32,000 bases of DNA from Candidatus Methanoperedens sp. (GTDB taxonomy: Archaea; Halobacteriota; Methanosarcinia; Methanosarcinales; Methanoperedenaceae): positions 150,001 through 182,000 of the forward strand of contig JBGQBI010000001.1 in NCBI GenBank assembly GCA_041494705.1, given 5' to 3'. The notes beneath the pieces were generated by a model that ran no database searches, was not told the origin of the DNA, and saw only the letters and a list, made by a program, of their open reading frames with translations. Position numbers and translations under genes: made by a program. Numbering within the stretch: the stretch's first letter is position 1; the number at the start of each line of letters is the position of its first letter. Of this stretch, positions 25,806 through 32,000 are shown piece by piece.

Positions 25806-25939
25806 AACCTGCCGTGCGAACATCTAACGCAGACCCCTTCTCTTGACAGGCATTGAGAACAAACCAGGCTTCCGCACAGCATGCATGTGGACAGCTTTCC
25901 CGGGCGCCCGCAGATGCTGCAAACTCCCATTACTTCCAT
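25784..25939 (-). CDS. small double zinc-ribbon protein (51 aa, four CxxC pairs)
   Basis: MEVMGVCSICGRPGKLSTCMLCGSLVCSQCLSREGVCVRCSHGR... contains CSIC, CMLC, CSQC and CVRC. I prefer the internal ATG at 25939. Its 3' end overlaps the convergent DHH gene by 22 nt. Confidence 0.5.
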   Translation of the reverse strand: MEVMGVCSICGRPGKLSTCMLCGSLVCSQCLSREGVCVRCSHGRFYSASRA

Positions 25940-26184
25940 ACTTTCCCTCAACTGACCAGGACTATGATGCTTGATATGGGACGAAGAATTCTTCAATCAT
26001 CCACGATTCAAGTTCTTCAGCCTCTTTTTTTCCCCCATTTATCAAGGCTGGCCGTTTTTGATGGATTTCAGTTATTTTTTTGTTCATTTAAATCGATGGC
26101 ATCCCTCGGGATGACAGTCTCCAATAAGAAAAAGTCTTTTTGAGGATTTAAATGTATCGATTTAATGCTTCAGTACATCAGGGG

Positions 26185-26835
26185 TTACCTTAAATAGATA
26201 TAATTCTGCCCGTTCAGGCCTATTATTTGATGATAATAAACAGGCATAATTATTTCTGCATTATTCCTGCCTATATACACGTCTTTACCGAAATATGCAT
26301 ACTCGTACCCATATACATGGAACATATCATTTTTCTTTAAAATTTGGTCAGTCTGCGGGTCTACAAAATAAAGCTCCTTATCCAGAACAACAGATGCCAG
26401 CATATGCCAGTCGTTTTGACCTTTTACCGCGCCCGTTAATCCTACCGCATAAACTTCAAATCCTGCATCTGTGGCGTTTTTTATGAAGTCTTTTGTAAAT
26501 TGGGAACACACATACTGGTCCTGATAAGATTTTGAATTATCCACCGTATAAGAATGTTTATTTGTTGTATCTGTTTCTAGCCATGAAACGAATTTTTCAT
26601 ATTTAGTCAAGGGATTTACAGGAGTAACATTGTTGGAGGCAGAAGATGGCGTCTTGGTTGCAATAATGTCCGGAATATTATTTGAAGTATTATCTGGTAT
26701 TCCGGGGACGAGAGTAGCATTTGGTGCCGAATCAATTGTGGTGTTCGTACTTTCCGGTTGACCTGGAATTGAAACTTTTTCTATACAGCCTGAGACTAAA
26801 ATAGTAATAAAAAATACAATTAACCATTTTTTCAT
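26185..26835 (-). CDS. lipoprotein with transglutaminase-like / papain-like Cys-His-Asp signature
   Basis: Lipobox ILVSGC, then a Thr/Pro/Asn-rich linker. The C-terminal part reads YVCSQFTKDFIKNATDAGFEVYAVG...NDWHMLASVVLDKELYFVDPQTD (C, H and D in the transglutaminase-core order). The region is visibly AT-rich by eye (not counted). Confidence 0.55.
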   Translation of the reverse strand: MKKWLIVFFITILVSGCIEKVSIPGQPESTNTTIDSAPNATLVPGIPDNTSNNIPDIIATKTPSSASNNVTPVNPLTKYEKFVSWLETDTTNKHSYTVDNSKSYQDQYVCSQFTKDFIKNATDAGFEVYAVGLTGAVKGQNDWHMLASVVLDKELYFVDPQTDQILKKNDMFHVYGYEYAYFGKDVYIGRNNAEIIMPVYYHQIIGLNGQNYIYLR

Positions 26836-27200
26836 TATCTTTTATAAACCTCGTCAGGTTCAAATAACTTCTCGCCGATTACCTCTCCTTCAATCGTTCG
26901 ATAGAAACATGACCTGTAACCTGTATGGCAGGCGCCGCCTATTTGTTCGACTTTGAGCAGCACGGCATCGGCGTCGCAGTCTATCAATATATCATGCACA
27001 ATCTGTTCATGACCCGAGCTTTCCCCTTTCTTCCAGAGTTTGCGCCTTGACCTGCTCCAATAATATCCTCTTTTTGTTTCGATGGTCTTTTTGAGCGCTT
27101 CCCTGTCCATGAATGCGACCATGAGCACTTCGCCTGTTTTATAATCCTGGGCTATTGCGGTAATCAGGCCGTCTTCGAATTTTAAGTCATTGATGTCCAT
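26835..27200 (-). CDS. hisI: phosphoribosyl-AMP cyclohydrolase
   Basis: [44 protein letters not shown] and [28 protein letters not shown] are canonical HisI motifs. Confidence 0.9.
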   Translation of the reverse strand: MDINDLKFEDGLITAIAQDYKTGEVLMVAFMDREALKKTIETKRGYYWSRSRRKLWKKGESSGHEQIVHDILIDCDADAVLLKVEQIGGACHTGYRSCFYRTIEGEVIGEKLFEPDEVYKR

Positions 27201-27287
27201 GTGCCATCTGGATATTCTGCAAAGGTTAAGAATTTATCCGAACCTCCGACAGAAAGCTATTTAATTCCTGAAAGTAGCATTTGGCGC

Positions 27288-27809
27288 GTGTCTTTACTTA
27301 CGCTTCTGGTTATAAGTCTCCTTTCGGGTTCATTGATCAAGCTTACCGATGATATTGAGGATAAAAACCTCAGCCGTAAAATCTACGCAATACCCACCGG
27401 CCTTGCTTATGGATTATTGATTGGGTACCTGATGATATCCGATACAGGCGCCGCCCTTCTTTTCGGCGGCATCGTCCTCGGGAACCTGATAACAGGCAAG
27501 ATTAACAGCGCCGGACATTATTCCGGTCTTGGCGCGATACTTACCGTGGTTTTCCTATACGGGATTAAGCTCTCTCCCCTTGTACTGCTAATAGCGGTGC
27601 TCGCATCCTTTGATGAGATGGGAGATTTAATGCACATGCCGAAATTCCTGGATTTCATATTCGAGTACAGGTTAATCCTTAAGCTGGGGGTACTGGTACT
27701 TGTTATCCTGAACATGCTGGGGTTGAACGCTTTATTAGTCCTTCTTGCATTCGATGCTGCGTATATGCTGACTGGCGGAATAACAGGGAGAGCCGCACAT
27801 GAGATATGA
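27288..27809 (+). CDS. small polytopic membrane protein with DDxxD and DxxxD motifs, unknown function
   Basis: The frame is open from 27201, but that would abut the hisI start with no promoter space. GTG 27288 lies about 25 nt after the TATA-like CTATTTAATT. Motifs are KLTDDIEDK and SFDEMGD between hydrophobic helices. The start is uncertain. Confidence 0.5.
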   Translation: MSLLTLLVISLLSGSLIKLTDDIEDKNLSRKIYAIPTGLAYGLLIGYLMISDTGAALLFGGIVLGNLITGKINSAGHYSGLGAILTVVFLYGIKLSPLVLLIAVLASFDEMGDLMHMPKFLDFIFEYRLILKLGVLVLVILNMLGLNALLVLLAFDAAYMLTGGITGRAAHEI

Positions 27810-28803
27810 TGTCGCAGTTATAGGTGCGGGGCCTGCGGGCTCTTTCGCAGCTGAAAAGCTATCTTCACTCGGTCATAAAACCCTGATAATAGACCCGCGC
27901 GATAAAAAAAAGGTATGCGCCGGTATCCTGACAGCGCAATATGCCGGGGAATACAAGGTAGATGATGCGTATGTAGAAAGGGAGTTGAAGGGTGTCCGGC
28001 TCTCATTTCGCGATATCAGGGCTGAAATAACATACAGGAAAGCGGTTGAGTATTCCATAGACCGCGAAGCTTTTGATTCTTTTAACCTGAATGAAGCCAT
28101 TAATGCGGGGGCATGGCTGAAAAAAGACATGGCACTGTCGTTAGAGGAAAATGGCTCCTCTGTTACTATCAGGGCAGCGAAAGGGCAAATAGTCGCAGAT
28201 TATGCAATCGTTGCATCGGGTGTGTCGGATTTAAGCCGTCTTTGCGGCGGCGCGAAGAAATATGCCTATTGTGTCCAGCAGAAAAAAGATGCAAAACCTG
28301 ATGATTATTTTGAAATGAACCTGATGCGTGGCGGTTACTCGTGGAGCGCGCCAAAAAAGAACCATGTGCTCACAGGTACTTCGTCGCTTAACGGTTACCC
28401 GGATATTCCAGGCGAGAGGGGTTTGATACCGCTTGAACCTGCTGAAAAAACATTCTCCAATAGATTTCTTCTTGCAGGCGATGCAGCAGGATTCGTATCA
28501 CCGTTTGAGGGCGAAGGGATATTTTATGCACGGCGTTCCGGGGAAATTGCGGCAGAAGTATTATCCGGCGCCATTTCAGGAAATAACGCTCTTGCCAGCT
28601 TCGAGAAACGATGGAAAAAAGAATTCGATTTTTCAACGCTTGCCATGCTTGCCCGATTTTTATCTAACGATATGGTTCTGGAAGCATTTGTGCGTGAAAT
28701 CAGGGACAACGAGAGATTTAATAAGCTTGTAGAGGATATTCTGACAAAAAAAAATAAGTTCCATATAAAAGACATCTCTTCATTGATTAAAACACTGGTT
28801 TAA
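27799..28803 (+). CDS. FAD-dependent oxidoreductase of the geranylgeranyl reductase family
   Basis: MRYDVAVIGAGPAGSFAAEKL (GxGxxG), LLAGDAAGFVSPFEGEGI and length about 330 aa. It overlaps the upstream gene end by 11 nt. Confidence 0.75.
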   Translation: MRYDVAVIGAGPAGSFAAEKLSSLGHKTLIIDPRDKKKVCAGILTAQYAGEYKVDDAYVERELKGVRLSFRDIRAEITYRKAVEYSIDREAFDSFNLNEAINAGAWLKKDMALSLEENGSSVTIRAAKGQIVADYAIVASGVSDLSRLCGGAKKYAYCVQQKKDAKPDDYFEMNLMRGGYSWSAPKKNHVLTGTSSLNGYPDIPGERGLIPLEPAEKTFSNRFLLAGDAAGFVSPFEGEGIFYARRSGEIAAEVLSGAISGNNALASFEKRWKKEFDFSTLAMLARFLSNDMVLEAFVREIRDNERFNKLVEDILTKKNKFHIKDISSLIKTLV

Positions 28804-28814
28804 GGTAGCGCAAT

Positions 28815-29642
28815 ATGATAGAAATCATCATAGAAAACATCATCTGGCTGGCACTCGGATTGCTTGTCATAGCCTCAGGTATTCCCCGCAATAATAAATT
28901 CAAGCTCCCGCTTACGGGTACTGGCTGGATGCTTTTTTCAGTCCACTGGGTTTTACAGTGGTCACATTATTATGAATTGGGGGATTATGTCAATGTAGCC
29001 CTGACCGTACTTGCAGCCATTTTCTGTGTTTTTATTGGTTTTATACTGATACGGCGGGACAAAAGCCTTCTCGGGAATATTAACGGCACAAGCACCATTT
29101 CCTCCATATTTATGATGACCACTGCTGCTGCCATAGGCGGGCTTTCATATTTTGTCTTTGCAGAAATCCCGGCAATGAATACATGGATAATTTCAACCGT
29201 AGCCGACCAGACCATATGGCTTGCCTCGGTTTTCGGGGTAACGATAACAAGGCTTGACTGGAACCTGATTGCGGTCAATGGCTATAAAGTCGAAATAATC
29301 CTTGCATGCACAGCAATAGAAAGCATTGCATTGTTTATCGGGATAATCACAAGCGCCAATGCCCCATTCAAACGAATAGCTCCGGCTTTTCTCATTTCGG
29401 TCCCTGTAATATACGGATTGAATTTGATAAGAAATGTTTTCGTGGTTGACGCCTATGGAATGACATGGTTTGGCGACCCGGATACGAGTTTCTATATCGC
29501 GCATACCGTGATAGCAAAAACAGGCTCCCTTGTCGCATTATTTATAATCGCATATGTGGTGCTGAAAATACTTCCTGAAATCATCGACATGATTGACGGT
29601 ATCTTGAACCTTGTACAGGGGGCTTTCAAGCATGCCGGCTAA
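28815..29642 (+). CDS. artA: archaeosortase (exosortase/archaeosortase family transpeptidase)
   Basis: Polytopic protein with EIILACTAIESIALF (catalytic Cys region), YGLNLIRNVFVV (Arg) and YIAHTVIAKTG (His). The subfamily is inferred only from Psd/PssA synteny. Confidence 0.7.
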   Translation: MIEIIIENIIWLALGLLVIASGIPRNNKFKLPLTGTGWMLFSVHWVLQWSHYYELGDYVNVALTVLAAIFCVFIGFILIRRDKSLLGNINGTSTISSIFMMTTAAAIGGLSYFVFAEIPAMNTWIISTVADQTIWLASVFGVTITRLDWNLIAVNGYKVEIILACTAIESIALFIGIITSANAPFKRIAPAFLISVPVIYGLNLIRNVFVVDAYGMTWFGDPDTSFYIAHTVIAKTGSLVALFIIAYVVLKILPEIIDMIDGILNLVQGAFKHAG

Positions 29643-30264
29643 AGGCTCCTTATCATGGATAGGCGGGATGATGCTGTTTACCCTCGCCGTGGGGTATATT
29701 TCGAAGAGTTTCACGGGATTGGTTTTTTATATATTGTTAATCGCATTCGTTATCGGCGCAATTCTGACGCTCTTTTTTTTCATATTCTTCCGCGACCCGG
29801 AGCGTTCTCCAACCGGGGACGAGGATGATGCGGTTTCTCCTGCCGATGGCAGAGTGATATCTATACAAAACCAGAAAATCTGCATTTTCATGAACATCCA
29901 TAATGTCCATGTGAACCGGGCGCCTCTTGCGGGTACGGTAACAAATATCGATTATAAGCCAGGCGGCTATATACCCGCGTTCAATAAGGATTCATTTGTG
30001 AACGAGAGAAACCATGTAGTGATAAATACTGATTCCAGTGTTCTTGAATTAACACAGATAGCAGGCATCCTGACGCGGCGCATCGTCTCGTACATCAGCG
30101 TGGGAAGTCATGTTAAAAGGGGAGAGCGCATCGGGATGATACGTTTTGGCTCGCGTGTGGATGTAATAATTCCCGAAGGATATGTGTTTATCATCAAAGT
30201 GAACGACAAAGTCAAAGCCGGATGCACGATAATCGCCAGGAAAAAAGAGAAAATAACGGGGTAA
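29632..30264 (+). CDS. psd: archaeal-type phosphatidylserine (archaetidylserine) decarboxylase proenzyme
   Basis: ATG 29632 overlaps the archaeosortase stop. N-terminal TM helices, RDPER, the NVHVNRAP...G pattern and the FGSRVD self-cleavage site. Confidence 0.75.
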   Translation: MPAKGSLSWIGGMMLFTLAVGYISKSFTGLVFYILLIAFVIGAILTLFFFIFFRDPERSPTGDEDDAVSPADGRVISIQNQKICIFMNIHNVHVNRAPLAGTVTNIDYKPGGYIPAFNKDSFVNERNHVVINTDSSVLELTQIAGILTRRIVSYISVGSHVKRGERIGMIRFGSRVDVIIPEGYVFIIKVNDKVKAGCTIIARKKEKITG

Positions 30265-30277
30265 TAAGGAGATAAGA

Positions 30278-30961
30278 ATGGGACAGAATATCCTGAAACT
30301 TATAAAACCTGCTGATGTCATTACGCTTGTTAATGCGCTCCTCGGGTTTGCCTCGATAATAATGACGGTCAGGGGACAGTTCGATAGCGCGCTTGTGCTG
30401 GTTCTCGTTGCAGTAATAGCAGACGGGGCAGACGGCGCAGTGGCGCGTTACTCAGGATTCGGGGTTCTTGGCGCAAATCTTGACTCGCTTGCTGATGTGA
30501 TAGCTTTTGGTGTGGCGCCTGCGCTTTTAGCATTCGTTTTTCTTGCCAATACAGGATATATGGCATGGATTTTTTCAGGACTATTCCTTGCCTGCGGCAT
30601 ACTGCGCCTTGCCAGGTTCAATGTCGCCGGGAAAAAGGACGGTTTTGAAGGGATTCCCATAACGGCGGGAGGGTTTGTTGTGGCTCTTTTCCTTCTCATC
30701 AGGGATTATGTAGGTTATTTTGATTATGTTTTTATTCTTCTGCTTGTGAGCTTATCTTTGCTTATGATAAGCAACATAGATTATCCCAAATTGAAAAAAC
30801 CCGTTATCCTTGCGCCAATGTCGATAGTGCTTGTTTTTGATATTGCGGTTTTTTATCTGGGTTATCCGGGTTTGGTAAAAGAAACGTCATTGCTCCTGTT
30901 TATTATGATTTTTGCCTACATCCTGAGCCCGCTAGGAAGGAGATTCTATGTCAGAAATTAA
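30278..30961 (+). CDS. pssA: CDP-alcohol phosphatidyltransferase (archaetidylserine synthase-like)
   Basis: DGADGAVARYSGFGVLGANLDSLADV matches DGx2ARx8Gx3Dx3D. Polytopic. AGGAG lies upstream of the ATG. Confidence 0.8.
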   Translation: MGQNILKLIKPADVITLVNALLGFASIIMTVRGQFDSALVLVLVAVIADGADGAVARYSGFGVLGANLDSLADVIAFGVAPALLAFVFLANTGYMAWIFSGLFLACGILRLARFNVAGKKDGFEGIPITAGGFVVALFLLIRDYVGYFDYVFILLLVSLSLLMISNIDYPKLKKPVILAPMSIVLVFDIAVFYLGYPGLVKETSLLLFIMIFAYILSPLGRRFYVRN

Positions 30962-31304
30962 TGAACGCGATATAGCTGTGTTTGAAGCCGGTATCAAGCT
31001 CGGCGCGCTGTACCACCAGTTCATTGGAACGCCAATAAATGTCGATACCGTTGATGGTCTTGAAAGAATAATAGAGGATAGCATCGGAGTCCAGCCTCAT
31101 GTTAGAAGCGTGAGTGTTTCCATTGACCGCGAGATGGTCGGGAAAAAGCAGAATCCAAAATTTGGGTACTGTGAACTGGAAGGGCGGATGCTGCATGTGA
31201 GTTTGCAGGTATTGTATAAAAATATCATAGCCACGGTGGAACTGGCGTATGATGAGGGACTGGATTACCCGATGATGAGTGTTAAGAAGATTGAGAAAAT
31301 GTAA
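30948..31304 (+). CDS. mptD: archaeal dihydroneopterin aldolase MptD-like protein
   Basis: 118 aa. FEAGIKLGALYHQFIGTP is the motif I associate with the MptD (archaeal DHNA) family. It overlaps the pssA end by 14 nt and has an AGGAG SD. Confidence 0.6.
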   Translation: MSEINERDIAVFEAGIKLGALYHQFIGTPINVDTVDGLERIIEDSIGVQPHVRSVSVSIDREMVGKKQNPKFGYCELEGRMLHVSLQVLYKNIIATVELAYDEGLDYPMMSVKKIEKM

Positions 31305-31314
31305 GGTATAATTA

Positions 31315-32000
31315 TGGGAGAAAAACCAAAGGTTTTTCAGAAAAACAAAAAGATAAAACCCACAGAATTATTTGTCAGTGCCTCACCGAATGCCGTTGAT
31401 AAAGCTATGAAAGCCTCCAGTGACATTGATGAGGCAAAGCTGGGCAAAAATCGAGAAGATGAAAGTATGAAAAGCTTTGAAAAGATGAAAGGAATAGCGG
31501 AAATTATTGTTGGATTGGCGTCATTGTTTGCAATATTACAGTATGTATATTTATTTGCGAATCCACCAATAGCATTATCTATATCTCTTTCTGGAGAGCT
31601 TGGTGTTGATGGCAACAGTTCTGTGATAACGCCAGTCATAAAGTTGGAAAACTTAGGTAAGGAAGTGCCGATAAGATATAGCGTAGGGATTGCAAAAATT
31701 ACGAATCTTTCTGCGTTTGATTCATATTATTCAGAATCACCCACTTTAACAATAAATGCAGCCGAAATCAATACGTGTGGATTTACAAAGTGGTACAATA
31801 AGGGAGCTCTTATTTTTCCAGGTAGTGTTTCTGAGTATAATCTACATAGTGTTTGTTTGAGGGCTTTTCCAAATTTTGCACGTTATGAGATAACTTCAAA
31901 TATTGACATTACGTACAACAATGCAGATTATGATTATGTGATGAGGAGTTGTGATTACTCTGCTACTTATGTAATCAATACTGGAAATGGAAAGGGTTAT
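31315..32000 (+). CDS. hypothetical membrane-anchored protein, 5' part (runs off the window)
   Basis: ATG 31315, with the frame open for 228 codons to the window end. It is therefore missing from the ORF track. One TM helix (IAEIIVGLASLFAILQYVYLF) is followed by a Cys/Tyr/Asn-rich extracellular-looking domain. The region looks AT-rich by eye. Confidence 0.6.

Noticed and set aside
25853-26143. 96-aa plus-strand ORF, and a 41-codon minus-strand ORF (MNKKITEIHQKRPALINGGKKEAEELESWMIEEFFVPYQAS) upstream of the zinc-ribbon gene
   Set aside because: The plus ORF is antisense to the zinc-ribbon gene and then runs through T-rich non-coding DNA. The 41-codon ORF has no SD or recognisable motif and lies in a different frame from the zinc ribbon.
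31337-31639. 100-aa minus-strand ORF from the track
   Set aside because: The opposite strand carries a 228-codon open frame with a sensible start, a TM helix and a domain-like composition. The minus-strand translation is low-complexity.
1-32000. Scan for CRISPR arrays, rRNA, additional tRNAs, C/D-box sRNAs, inteins and complete IS elements
   Set aside because: I saw no regularly spaced direct repeats and no further GTTCGAATC-type T-arm contexts. I found no convincing C/D box pairs in intergenic regions, no intein-sized insertion in polB, and no transposase gene. A by-eye scan can miss small RNAs.

Overview
The window looks like an archaeal chromosomal segment. The gene content points to Methanosarcinales/ANME (PurP, archaeal-type UMP kinase, family-B DNA polymerase, MptD, archaeosortase with Psd/PssA), but I cannot prove taxonomy. 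All product calls come from motifs read by eye in the supplied translations; no database search was possible. Hand-counted 60-nt lines give about 40-47% GC for ordinary genes. Most of the window is tightly packed housekeeping. It includes a ThiF/MoeB-TusA-DsrE/F/H-like sulfur-relay operon (0.8-3.3 kb), manC and purP. It also holds an envelope gene group (6-8.4 kb), MgtC-family, pyrH, a DUF89 phosphatase, polB, TctA-family and MFS transporters, and a nitroreductase. On the right are hisI and a six-gene string: membrane protein, GGR-family flavoprotein, archaeosortase, Psd, PssA, MptD (27.3-31.3 kb). The one clearly accessory patch lies at 20.3-24.7 kb around a tRNA-Val(GAC) gene. On the tRNA 3' side sits a ~2.9 kb islet bounded by a 14/16-nt direct repeat. 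It contains a doubly truncated, frameshifted tyrosine-recombinase pseudogene and a ~2.1 kb core of roughly 57-65% GC. That core encodes a 97-aa membrane-anchored protein and a ~602-aa helical protein with no signature I can recognise. This is my best candidate for an undescribed system. On the other side of the tRNA is a low-GC (~32%) orphan HEPN-domain gene. Other points worth a second look: a 59-aa protein with a C-terminal CxxC arm divergent from the sulfur-relay operon, a cluster of four hairpins inside that operon, and a manC gene whose expected Met codon is ATA. No CRISPR array, rRNA or complete transposon was seen.
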